Source: Chloroflexota bacterium (GTDB taxonomy: Bacteria; Chloroflexota; Dehalococcoidia; UBA2979). Taken from it: a stretch of DNA of 64,000 nucleotides. The stretch covers positions 250 to 64,249 of the forward strand of contig CANIRU010000002.1 of NCBI GenBank assembly GCA_947470025.1, in the 5' to 3' direction. Of the stretch, positions 25,495 to 34,278 are shown piece after piece; position 1 is the stretch's first letter, and each line of letters opens with the position of its first letter. A program made the translations under genes and the position numbers. The notes below the pieces were generated by a model. It did not search any database. It saw only the letters and a list, made by a program, of their open reading frames with translations, and was not told the origin of the DNA.

Positions 25495-26685
25495 GTGAAC
25501 ATCCTCGATCTCCTCATCGTCGGGTTCGTCCTCGCCGCCGTGACCTTCGGGTTCCACCGCGGGCTATCGCTGACCGCGTTCGAGTACGCCGGGCTGGTGC
25601 TCGGCGTGGCGAGCGGGACGATGCTGGCGCCGATCGCCGTCACCCACATCGGCATCAATCAGGTGGTCGTGCGCATCGTCGTGGTGCTCACCGTCGTCGG
25701 TGCGGGCGCCCTCGTCGGCAGCACGATCACACACGAGTTGGGCGCGCCCGTGCGGCGCGTCGCGCACCGTCTGCACGCGATCGCGGTCATGGACGGCGTC
25801 GGCGGCGCGGCACTCACGGTCGTCGTGACCATGAGCACCATCTGGTACGTCGGCCTGATGCTCAGCCGCGGCCCGAGCGAGCCCCTCGCACACCAGATCC
25901 AGGGCTCGGCGATCCTTCGCCAGATCGATGATCATGTCCCGCGCCCGCCGACCGCGCTCGCAAGCCTGCAGGAGCACCTCTCCGCGCAGGTGTTCCCGCA
26001 GGTGTTTGTGGGCCTCGATCCCCGCCTCCCCTCGCGCGCGGAGGCGAACCCGACGAGCATCGACACCGCCGGCGTGCGTGCCGCGGCGGCTGCGACCGTG
26101 AAGGTCGAGGCGCTCGGATGCGGCGGGATGCAGCTCGGCAGCGGCTTCGTCGTCGCCACCGACCGCATCGTCACGAACGCCCACGTCGTCAGCGGCACCG
26201 GCACCGTGCGCGTGCTCATACCCGGATCCGCCTCTCCGAAGCTCGGGCGCGTACTCGTGCTTGACCCGGGCCGTGACGTGGCGGTGATCCTTGTGCCGGG
26301 CCTCGGCCTCGAGCCGCTCCCGTCACGCGGGGCGGAGCGCGGGCAGCAGGTCGCAATCGTCGGCTACCCCGGCGGTGGCCCCCTCAATCTCGGAGCGGCG
26401 ATCGTCAGTAGCGGCATGTTGGCGCGTGGGCGTGACATCTACGACGAGAAGCCAGTGACCCGCGACATCTGGGTCATCGAGGGCCGCGCGCGCCCAGGCA
26501 ACTCGGGCGGTCCGCTCGTGGACGTGCAGGGGCGCTACGTCGGCGTGGTCTTCGCCGAATCGATCACCGCGCCCGACCAGGCCTATGCCTTGACCGCCGC
26601 CGAGATCGCCCCCGTCGTCGAGCGTGCGCGTACCCTCACGACCGGCATTGACACCCGCTCCTTCCCCTGCGCCGCCTCCTCGTAG
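25495..26685 (+). CDS. MarP-like membrane serine protease (CvpA-like 4-TM N-domain plus trypsin-like S1C domain)
   Basis: N-terminal hydrophobic CvpA-like region. Catalytic triad context TNAHVV / DVAVILV / GNSGGPLV. The architecture resembles mycobacterial MarP. Confidence 0.8.
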   Translation: MNILDLLIVGFVLAAVTFGFHRGLSLTAFEYAGLVLGVASGTMLAPIAVTHIGINQVVVRIVVVLTVVGAGALVGSTITHELGAPVRRVAHRLHAIAVMDGVGGAALTVVVTMSTIWYVGLMLSRGPSEPLAHQIQGSAILRQIDDHVPRPPTALASLQEHLSAQVFPQVFVGLDPRLPSRAEANPTSIDTAGVRAAAAATVKVEALGCGGMQLGSGFVVATDRIVTNAHVVSGTGTVRVLIPGSASPKLGRVLVLDPGRDVAVILVPGLGLEPLPSRGAERGQQVAIVGYPGGGPLNLGAAIVSSGMLARGRDIYDEKPVTRDIWVIEGRARPGNSGGPLVDVQGRYVGVVFAESITAPDQAYALTAAEIAPVVERARTLTTGIDTRSFPCAASS

Positions 26686-26840
26686 CGCATCCCCCGTCCG
26701 CGGCGCGGCGCCAGCGATTGCACAGAGTTGCCGCCGCCCGCGGATCGCTCGATGCTGCACCACAGCGCGGAACACCTTGTTCATCAGCACACATCAAGCG
26801 ATCAGCACATCGGCGCGCTGCGCCGTCAGAGGAGACGTCC

Positions 26841-27248
26841 ATGGATGCGGCAACGCAGGAGTGGTTTGACAAGGGCCTGGCGATTCGCAAGGAGGTTCTT
26901 GGCGCGGCCTATGTGGACCGTGCGCTGGACGGCGCCACGGACTTCGACCGGCCGTTCCAGGAGTTCATGACGGCGCAGTGCTGGGGCATGACCTGGGGCC
27001 GCGAGGGCCTGACGCGCCAGCAGCGCAGCATGAACAACCTCTGCATCCTGGCGGCGCTCAACCGCTCCACGGAGTTCGCCACGCACTTCCGCGCCGCGAT
27101 CGGCAACGGCGTCACCCTCACCGAGCTGCGCGAGACGCTGATCCAGATCGCGACCTACGCCGGCACCCCGGCGGGCGTCGAGGCCTTCCGCATCGCGAAG
27201 ACGGTGATCGCGGACCTCGAGGCGCAGGGCATCACACCGAAGCCGTAG
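26841..27248 (+). CDS. Carboxymuconolactone decarboxylase (CMD/AhpD-like) family protein
   Basis: 135 aa. QEFMTAQCWGMTWGREGLTRQQRSMNNLCILAALNR...YAGTPAG is typical of gamma-CMD family proteins. ATG 26841 follows GAGGAG. Confidence 0.85.
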   Translation: MDAATQEWFDKGLAIRKEVLGAAYVDRALDGATDFDRPFQEFMTAQCWGMTWGREGLTRQQRSMNNLCILAALNRSTEFATHFRAAIGNGVTLTELRETLIQIATYAGTPAGVEAFRIAKTVIADLEAQGITPKP

Positions 27249-27269
27249 TCGCGGTCACCTCGACGAACA

Positions 27270-27299
27270 GAAGGGCGGCACCTCGCGGTGCCGCCCTTC
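27270..27299. terminator. Hairpin terminator between convergent genes
   Basis: GAAGGGCGGCACC-TCGC-GGTGCCGCCCTTC forms a perfect 13-bp stem. Confidence 0.65.
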
Positions 27300-27320
27300 G
27301 ACGCATGTACCTGGGCTGGG

Positions 27321-29297
27321 CTAGCAGCGAGCGAAGATCGGCGTACCGGCCGGAATGCTCGTCGGGAACAGCGCCATCCACGCGGCGTTGACGACGGCCA
27401 CCGGGACGGACGGGATGTACCCGATCCACGCGCCCTTCGAATCGGTCGTCCAGAACACCGCCGTGCTCGCGCTGCAGCCGGACTGCGCCAACAGCTGCGC
27501 GTTCGTCCCACCCGCGAAGACGAACAACCCCCCACCCGCTGGCAGCGGGCTTGTCGTCCCTCCCGAGGTGCCGGAGGTACCGCCGCTGCTCGTGCCTCCG
27601 TACGTGAACGCGCTCGGCAGCGACACCGTCGCGGCACCGGGGTTCGTGACCGTGACGGTCACCGAACCCGTCCCGCTCACCGCCGGCGTCACTGCCGTGA
27701 TCTGCGTCGAGGACACGACCGTCGCGCTGACGGAGATACCGCTGATGGTGACGCTCGCCCCGCTCTGGAAGCCAGTGCCGTAAATCGAGATCGCGGTGCC
27801 ACCGGCCGACGGCCCCGTCGAAGGGGTGACGCCGGTAATCGTCGTGGTCGCGCCGGGCAGCGGGACCTGCGGCTGAGGTTGCGGCGTCGAGCTGTACTGG
27901 AACGCGGTCGCCAGCCCGCTGATCGCGCCACCCGGGTTCGTCACGAGCACCGTCGCGTTGCCCGGAGGCCCTGCCGGCGTCGTCACCGTGATCTGCGTCG
28001 GCGTGACCGCGCTCACCGTGGCGGCTGCCTGCCCGCCGATGGTCACCGTCGCGCCGGGGGCGAATCCGCTGCCGGTGATCGTGAGCGTGGTGCCGCCAGT
28101 CAGTGCGCCGGTGCTCGGCGAAACCGAGGTGACACGCGGCCACGCGAGCTCGTACGTGAAGCCCGAGATGAGGCCACCAACGGCGCCCGAGGGCGTGGAC
28201 ACCAGCACGCCGAACGTTCCTACGGTGCCCGGCGGCGTCGTCGCGGTGATCAGGTTTGGACTCACCACTGTCACCGAGGTTCCGGGGACTCCCCCGAAGG
28301 TCACCGTCGCCGGAGCAACGAACCCGGCTCCGCTGATCGAAACGACCGTGCCCCCGGCAGAGGATCCAACGGTGGGAGAGACGCTGCTCACCGTGGGCTG
28401 GCTACCGGTCGTCGTCGTCGTGGCGCCACCGTACGAGAGGCCCGGGAACACGCCCGACTGTCCACCGGGGTTGGAGACAATCACCGACACTGCCCCGATC
28501 GGACCGGCCGGTGCGATCGCGGTGATGAGGTTCGACGCCACGACCTGGACGTTGGTCGCCGAGTAGCCGCCGATCGAGACGGTCGCGCCGACGATGAACC
28601 CGCTCCCGCTGATCGTGACCGATGTCCCGGCGCTGACGCTACCGGGCGACACCGAGGTGATCACGACGCTGCCCGTCGACGTCCCGCCGGTCGCCGTGCC
28701 GGTGTAGGTGAAGCTGGTCGGCGCAGTGGCGGATTGGCCGTTCGGGTTCACGACCTTCACCGTGACCGTCCCCGAGCCGATCGGCGGGTACGCCATCAGG
28801 TATCCGCGGGTCATCCACACGACGTTCTCCGCAGACACGCTTCCGAAGAACACCGTCGCGCCCTGCTCGAAGCCTGCGCCCGTGATGTGGACGGGCTGAC
28901 CGTTGATTCCCGAACCGGGGTTGATCCCGGCCACCCATACCGAGCCGTTGTTCCCGGCCGGCGTGCCTAAGTAAGTGAACCCCGTCCAACTCGCCGACTG
29001 GGCATCCGGGTTCACCACCTGCACGGGAATCGCTCCCGAGATGGTGGACGGCACCTGGACGTTCAACTGGTTCGTCGTGACGAACGAGACGCTGGTTGAA
29101 AGCGTCCCGCCGAAGATGACCATCGCGCCGGGCTGGAAGCCGGTGCCGAATACGGTAACGAAGGCGTTCGCCGTGCCGCTGGAGGGGTTGACGGCGGTGA
29201 TCGTTGGCGGGTCGGCGGCCAGCGCGTGCTCTCGAGGTGCTGCGAAGAATGCCGCGACTGCGATGAGCAGCGCGAGCGTGACGAATCGACGGCGCAT
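27321..29297 (-). CDS. Secreted protein with six tandem IPT/TIG domains and a C-terminal domain of unknown function
   Basis: ATG 29297 lies 7 nt after GGAGGG and is followed by a signal peptide (FVTLALLIAVAAFFAAP). There are six repeats of the pattern P-x-[IV]-T-[AS]-V-[NS]-P-x-x-G....G-x-G-F....V-x-F-G.....V-x-V-x-N-P-x-G......F-T-Y. A Gly/Ser/Thr linker precedes a terminal module of about 68 aa. Confidence 0.8.
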   Translation of the reverse strand: MRRRFVTLALLIAVAAFFAAPREHALAADPPTITAVNPSSGTANAFVTVFGTGFQPGAMVIFGGTLSTSVSFVTTNQLNVQVPSTISGAIPVQVVNPDAQSASWTGFTYLGTPAGNNGSVWVAGINPGSGINGQPVHITGAGFEQGATVFFGSVSAENVVWMTRGYLMAYPPIGSGTVTVKVVNPNGQSATAPTSFTYTGTATGGTSTGSVVITSVSPGSVSAGTSVTISGSGFIVGATVSIGGYSATNVQVVASNLITAIAPAGPIGAVSVIVSNPGGQSGVFPGLSYGGATTTTTGSQPTVSSVSPTVGSSAGGTVVSISGAGFVAPATVTFGGVPGTSVTVVSPNLITATTPPGTVGTFGVLVSTPSGAVGGLISGFTYELAWPRVTSVSPSTGALTGGTTLTITGSGFAPGATVTIGGQAAATVSAVTPTQITVTTPAGPPGNATVLVTNPGGAISGLATAFQYSSTPQPQPQVPLPGATTTITGVTPSTGPSAGGTAISIYGTGFQSGASVTISGISVSATVVSSTQITAVTPAVSGTGSVTVTVTNPGAATVSLPSAFTYGGTSSGGTSGTSGGTTSPLPAGGGLFVFAGGTNAQLLAQSGCSASTAVFWTTDSKGAWIGYIPSVPVAVVNAAWMALFPTSIPAGTPIFARC

Positions 29298-29322
29298 AGC
29301 GCAACCCTCCGCTGCCCCGCGA

Positions 29323-29351
29323 ATTAGATACGAGCATACCCCCTTTATCAA
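29323..29351 (-). promoter_or_regulatory. Candidate sigma-70-type promoter of the IPT/TIG gene
   Basis: On the minus strand TTGATA-N17-TCTAAT sits in the only AT-rich patch of the spacer, about 25 nt upstream of ATG 29297. Confidence 0.3.
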
Positions 29352-29411
29352 TATTCGGGAAGCAAGCAGAGGCCAGCCAGACGAAATTGTTATGTCTGAG
29401 GAAGGAAGCGG

Positions 29412-31640
29412 CTAGGAGCGGCCGGGGAGCCTCGATGCGAGGTACTCGGCGACGTGCATGACGCGGACCGGAGCGCCGGCCGCGTCCGCGCCACCTCGAA
29501 GGTGGAGGACGCATCCGGGGTTGTCGGTGACGAGGATCGGCGCGCCCGCGGCAGCGACGTTCACGAGCTTGCGCCCGAGGATGCCGGCGGAGATCTCCGG
29601 CGCGCGGACCGAGGTGGACCCGCCGAAGCCGCAGCACACCTCGGCCTCGTACAGCGGCACGGTGTCCACGCCCGCCACGTCGTGGAGCAGACGTTCGAGG
29701 CGGTCGCCCGCGTTCAGCATGTTCGAGCCCTGGCAGAAGCGGTGGACGGCGACGGCCTCCGATGAGCCCTCGGCGAGCGCGCCGTCCGGCAGGCGACCGG
29801 GGCCGACGAGGTAGCCGACGAGGTCGTAGACCCGCTCCTTCATGACGTGAGCGCGGAGCTGCCAGCCGGGCTCGCCGGACAGCAGCGTCTCGTACTCGTG
29901 CAGCATCGCGACGACGCAGCTCGGCGCGGGGGTAACGATGTCGTCGTTGCCCTCGAGGGCCGCGATCGTGGACTTCGCCATGCGGCGCGCGTTGTCGTGG
30001 TCGCCCGCGTCGAAGGCGGGCAGGCCGCAGCAGTGCTGCGAGTCGGGGATGCGCACGTCCGCGCCGGCGGCGCGTAGCACGTCGATCGCCGCGAGCGGGA
30101 TCTCAGGCGCGACGCGGTCGCCGATGCACTGCAGGAAGAACGCGATCTTGCGCCCCGCGAGCGGACTGCCCGCGATCGCGGGCGGCGCGGATGCCTGTCT
30201 GGCGAGCGATCGCGCGGGCACCGGGGCGATCGCCGGCGGCGTGCGCCAGCCGAGGTAGCGCTGCGCGACCTTCGTGTTCGCGATGATCGCGGGCAATCTG
30301 GTGAAGCGACCGTGGCGCAGCGGCGTCGAGAGCCGCCCGGCGACGCGGGTGCCGAGCGCGAACAGCGCGCGCGAGGCGTACAGGCGCATCGCCAGTCTCG
30401 TGCGCCAGCCCGATGGCGAACGCTCCGCGACAAGGCGACGCACCTCGAGGATCTGCTGCGGCAGCGGGATACTCACGGGGCACACCGTCGCGCACGCGCC
30501 GCAGGACACGCAGAGCGACTGTGGCCCCTCGGCGGCGTCGAGGCCGTGGTGAAACGCGGTGGTGACGAGGCCGATTGGGCCGGTGTACACGTGCCCGAAG
30601 GCGTGCCCGCCCACGATCTGGTACGCGGGGCAGACGTTGGCGCACGCGCCGCAGCGGATGCAGCGCAGCGCGGCCTCGAGGCCCGGCTGCACCGACATCA
30701 GTCGGCGGCCGTTGTCGATCAGCACGACGTGCAGCTCGTGGCCCGGAGCGGGCGCGCTGATGAACGTGGTGTACGTGGTGATCGGCTGCGCCGTCGCGGA
30801 GCGCGCGAGGATCCGGATCTGCGTAATCGCATCGGCGGCCGTGGGCAGCACCTTCTCGACACCCGTCGTGACGACATGCACTCCCGGCAGGCTGCTGGTG
30901 AGCCGGCCGTTCCCCTCGTTCGTGACGAGCATGATCGTGCCGGTTTCGGCGATCAGGGCGTTCGCGCCGGTGACGCCCATGCCGGCGTTGAGGAAGCGCG
31001 CGCGCAGCTCGACGCGCGCGGCGAGCACCATCGCCGGGATGTCGTCGGGGTCGAAGGGGCGGCCGAGGACGCGCGTGAACAGTTCGGCGACCTGGTGGCG
31101 GCGCTTGTGGATCGCCGGCATGACAAGGTGACTTGGGCGGTCCTCGCCGATCTGCAACAGCCATTCGCCGAGGTCGGTCTCGACCGCCTCGACGCCCGCG
31201 TGCGCGAGCGCCTCGTTCAGTCCGATCTCCTCGGAGACCATCGACTTGCCTTTGACGACCAACGAGACGCCCCGCTCGTGCGCGAGGTGCGCGATGTACG
31301 CGTTCGCCTCCGCGTCCGACCCGACGAGGACGACCTTGCCGCCACGTGCCTCGATGTTCGCCTTGAACCGCGCGACGTGCTCGTCCGGCGCGGCGATCAC
31401 GTTTTCCTTGGCCTGCGTCAGCTTGCCGCGCAGGTCCTCGAACGTGAAGCCAGTGATCTCGTGCAGCGAGCGCATCTGGTCGTCGCGCGTCTGGCGCCAC
31501 GACTGCTGGAACTCGAGGAGCCCACTCTGGATGTTGGGATCCTTGAGCGCGTTCTCGTAGCGCTCCTCGAATGGCTTGAGGTGTGGGCCGCGCATCTCGG
31601 GGTTCGAGCCCTCGGTCGGTCGAGTCGGCGTGGTGGTCAT
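29412..31640 (-). CDS. lutB: Lactate-utilisation LutB-LutA fusion protein (LUD domain, 2x[4Fe-4S] ferredoxin and two CCG cysteine-rich domains)
   Basis: 742 aa with an N-terminal LutB/YkgF-like LUD region and ferredoxin motifs CIRCGACANVCP and CVSCGACATVCP. The C-terminal LutA/YkgE-like CCG motifs are HCCGLPAFDAGD and VCCGFGGSTS. Confidence 0.8.
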   Translation of the reverse strand: MTTTPTRPTEGSNPEMRGPHLKPFEERYENALKDPNIQSGLLEFQQSWRQTRDDQMRSLHEITGFTFEDLRGKLTQAKENVIAAPDEHVARFKANIEARGGKVVLVGSDAEANAYIAHLAHERGVSLVVKGKSMVSEEIGLNEALAHAGVEAVETDLGEWLLQIGEDRPSHLVMPAIHKRRHQVAELFTRVLGRPFDPDDIPAMVLAARVELRARFLNAGMGVTGANALIAETGTIMLVTNEGNGRLTSSLPGVHVVTTGVEKVLPTAADAITQIRILARSATAQPITTYTTFISAPAPGHELHVVLIDNGRRLMSVQPGLEAALRCIRCGACANVCPAYQIVGGHAFGHVYTGPIGLVTTAFHHGLDAAEGPQSLCVSCGACATVCPVSIPLPQQILEVRRLVAERSPSGWRTRLAMRLYASRALFALGTRVAGRLSTPLRHGRFTRLPAIIANTKVAQRYLGWRTPPAIAPVPARSLARQASAPPAIAGSPLAGRKIAFFLQCIGDRVAPEIPLAAIDVLRAAGADVRIPDSQHCCGLPAFDAGDHDNARRMAKSTIAALEGNDDIVTPAPSCVVAMLHEYETLLSGEPGWQLRAHVMKERVYDLVGYLVGPGRLPDGALAEGSSEAVAVHRFCQGSNMLNAGDRLERLLHDVAGVDTVPLYEAEVCCGFGGSTSVRAPEISAGILGRKLVNVAAAGAPILVTDNPGCVLHLRGGADAAGAPVRVMHVAEYLASRLPGRS

Positions 31641-32191
31641 CCGAGGATCACCACGTGGACATCGTGCGGGCCGTGGACGCCGATGGTGAGCGAGCGTTCG
31701 ATGTCCGCCGTGCGCGACGGCCCCGTGGACAGCGACGCGAACGTCGGCGGCCCACCGTCGACGCGGCGGAATAGGTGCTCCAGGAGCACGTCCAGCGTCT
31801 GGAAGATCTGGTCACGGTCGAGCACCTGGATCACGATCGGCGAGAGCATCGACACCGCGCGGTCCTCGGAGCGCTCCTCGACGAGCATCACCGACCCCGT
31901 CTCCGCGATCCCGAGCGCGCCGCGCACGATGCCGACCGCGCCGCCCGCGGTCACGCGGTGCTCCTGCCCCGGCGCGATCGCCCGCCCGCCGAGGTCCTCG
32001 AGCAGTACAGGCGCCGCCTCGGCAGCCGGCCCCGACACCGCGATCCCGCCCTCCGGCGCGAGCATCAGCGCCAACGCCGCCACCGCGTGCCAGTCCGCGA
32101 ACTCGTGGACGACTGAGCGCGCCTCGCCGGCGCGTCGCTTGAACGCCTCGATCGTCTCGTTGCTCGGCGCGGCGGTAGTCATGTGCGTCAC
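31637..32191 (-). CDS. lutC: LutC/YkgG-like LUD-domain protein
   Basis: 184 aa. GIVRGALGIAETGSVML... and the C-terminal SRTADIE pattern are typical of LutC. Its stop overlaps the lutB start (ATGA). The start could be GTG 32191 or ATG 32182. Confidence 0.75.
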   Translation of the reverse strand: MTHMTTAAPSNETIEAFKRRAGEARSVVHEFADWHAVAALALMLAPEGGIAVSGPAAEAAPVLLEDLGGRAIAPGQEHRVTAGGAVGIVRGALGIAETGSVMLVEERSEDRAVSMLSPIVIQVLDRDQIFQTLDVLLEHLFRRVDGGPPTFASLSTGPSRTADIERSLTIGVHGPHDVHVVILG

Positions 32192-32230
32192 GGTATCGCG
32201 CGTGGGAAGCGCGGGGCTAGCAGCGCGGCG

Positions 32231-33331
32231 CTAATCGTCGCCACAGCCGCTGCGATGCGAACCGCCGTAGAGAGCCCACCGGAGATCCGACGAGACGGAG
32301 TGGGGACCTCGTTTGCCGGCGACCTCTGGGAGGACACGCTCGTAGGCACGACTGCGCAGGTTGTAGACGTAGCGCATGTCATAGTTTGGCCCCGTGGCCA
32401 CCAAGTCGGGGCCAACGATCTCCCAGCCGAGCATCTCTGTGGGACTCTGCAGCGCGTACAGCTGTCCCGAGCGACGGTCGAACAGGCGCACGAACGGGGT
32501 CTTGGGAAAACAGCTTTGGTCGACGAGCACCCACGCGTCACTCGCTGAAACGTGGAACGAGGAGGCTGACAGCTTGGCGAAGCTCCCATCCAGAGTGTCA
32601 GGGACCTCGACCGTCAGCAGCGCGACCCGCCGTCCCGAGGCTTCGTCGAGTTCGTAGACGGTCAGCAAACGCCCTTGAACCACCGAAACTAGGGGGCCTG
32701 CGGCACCTCCCGGCGGCCAGACCCAGCCGGTGCTTGATCTCTCCTCATCCGAGAGACGCACGACTTCCGCGATCAGTTGACCATCTCGGGTTCGCAGAAC
32801 GAACGCACCAGAGCGACGAGGTTCGCTTTCGTAATTCAGCACGCGCCCGTCGTGGAGGCCATACAGGACGCTGCTCCAGTCTCCGGTGAGCGTCCTCGTC
32901 TGGCCGCTCGGGAGATCGGACTTCGAATACGTCCCGCCAGGAAGCAGGCCAAAGCACGCCGTCGCGTCCCATGAGAACAAGATGCACGGGCCGATCGGGA
33001 GGAATCTCTCGCGCGCAACGTCGTACACGCCAAGAACCGATCCCGGGATGGTTGGCACCGACGGCGGTTCGCCCAGCATGATCGTGCCGGACACCGCTTG
33101 CGGCGTGCTTGCGCCCGGCACAATAGGCCGTGGCGTGGTGGGCGCCGTCGGCGTCGGCGAGATCCTGGGCGTCATGATCCCCGACGGCGAGGTCGTCACA
33201 GTAGGAATTGCGCTAGCCGTCGACACCGCCGTCGCGACCTCCACGGTCGTCGGTGCGGGGCTCGTGCGGTCGCAGCCGAGGAGAAGCAACGCGAGCGCCG
33301 CGGCCAGCACGATGGCGGCGCGGCGCATCAC
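32231..33331 (-). CDS. Lipoprotein, function unknown
   Basis: Signal peptide plus lipobox (LALLLLGC) and a Thr/Pro-rich linker, followed by a beta-rich domain of about 270 aa. I recognise no family. Confidence 0.55.
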   Translation of the reverse strand: MMRRAAIVLAAALALLLLGCDRTSPAPTTVEVATAVSTASAIPTVTTSPSGIMTPRISPTPTAPTTPRPIVPGASTPQAVSGTIMLGEPPSVPTIPGSVLGVYDVARERFLPIGPCILFSWDATACFGLLPGGTYSKSDLPSGQTRTLTGDWSSVLYGLHDGRVLNYESEPRRSGAFVLRTRDGQLIAEVVRLSDEERSSTGWVWPPGGAAGPLVSVVQGRLLTVYELDEASGRRVALLTVEVPDTLDGSFAKLSASSFHVSASDAWVLVDQSCFPKTPFVRLFDRRSGQLYALQSPTEMLGWEIVGPDLVATGPNYDMRYVYNLRSRAYERVLPEVAGKRGPHSVSSDLRWALYGGSHRSGCGDD

Positions 33332-33343
33332 GTGGCCTCGGCG

Positions 33344-34069
33344 CTACTTCACTCGACGCGCGACGACGACGTCGCGGGAGAGGTACTCGCCGTAGCCGTT
33401 GCCGCCGTAGACGATCTCGCCGCCGCATGTGAGCAGCGTCAGCCACTCTTCGCCCTGCGGACGGATCTTCGGCCAGATGATGTCGCCCATCGGGATGCCG
33501 TCGACCTTGTAGCGCTTGTTGCTGATCACCTTGTAGACCAGCGTCCGACCGTCGGCCATCTTGACTTCGATCTCGTCGGCCAGCGCCGCCTTGTGCATGC
33601 CGTAGAAGGGGCCTTGCATGTGGTTCCAGGTCTCGTGGGCGGTCATGACGATGTTCCCGCCCGCCCCGGGGAGCCCGTAGTCCGGGAACCAGCCGGTCGC
33701 ATAGACGCCGTCGTTCGGCGCCTGCATCTCGTTGTTCACGAGCCCGACCACCTCGATGTAGCTGTCGATACCGAGCTTCGGGGAGCTCAGCCGCGCGATG
33801 CCGCGGGTGGAGGCGGGCTCGGCGACCGGGTTCTTCGGCGGTGCGGGGAAGTTGCCGGCGTTCACGCCCGGGTTCGCGAAGCCGATCGGCGAGGGCGTAA
33901 CCGCGGCGACCGGGGTCGGCGTCGGAGGCGGCGTCTCGGAGGTTACGGATTCGACGGACTTCACCGTCAGTCCGGTCGGGGCAGACTCGACCCTGGTGCC
34001 GCCGCAGGCGACCGTGGCTGCCGCGAGGAACACGGCAGCCCAGAGGCTGATTTGCTTGGTCACGTTCAC
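33344..34069 (-). CDS. Sortase family transpeptidase (class F-like)
   Basis: A membrane anchor is followed by the catalytic signature: His (VMTAHETW), TLxTC as LTLLTCGG, and a C-terminal Arg (VVVARRV). The start is uncertain (GTG 34069, 34063 or 34105). Confidence 0.75.
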   Translation of the reverse strand: MNVTKQISLWAAVFLAAATVACGGTRVESAPTGLTVKSVESVTSETPPPTPTPVAAVTPSPIGFANPGVNAGNFPAPPKNPVAEPASTRGIARLSSPKLGIDSYIEVVGLVNNEMQAPNDGVYATGWFPDYGLPGAGGNIVMTAHETWNHMQGPFYGMHKAALADEIEVKMADGRTLVYKVISNKRYKVDGIPMGDIIWPKIRPQGEEWLTLLTCGGEIVYGGNGYGEYLSRDVVVARRVK

Positions 34070-34278
34070 ATCCTGAATCGCGTGATCGCCAAATCCCCGC
34101 CCCACATACAGCGTACGGGCGACTCGGCTGCTGTTCCACCGCCGCGATCCGCTGCTCGGGCGATCAGGTTCTGCGGAAAACTTTCAGATCAAGGCATGCG
34201 CGTGTGGATAATCGTGACATCATGCCGAAACGATCGTCTGCCTTAATGCGATGGCAACGCAATAGCGAGGAGACAGCG

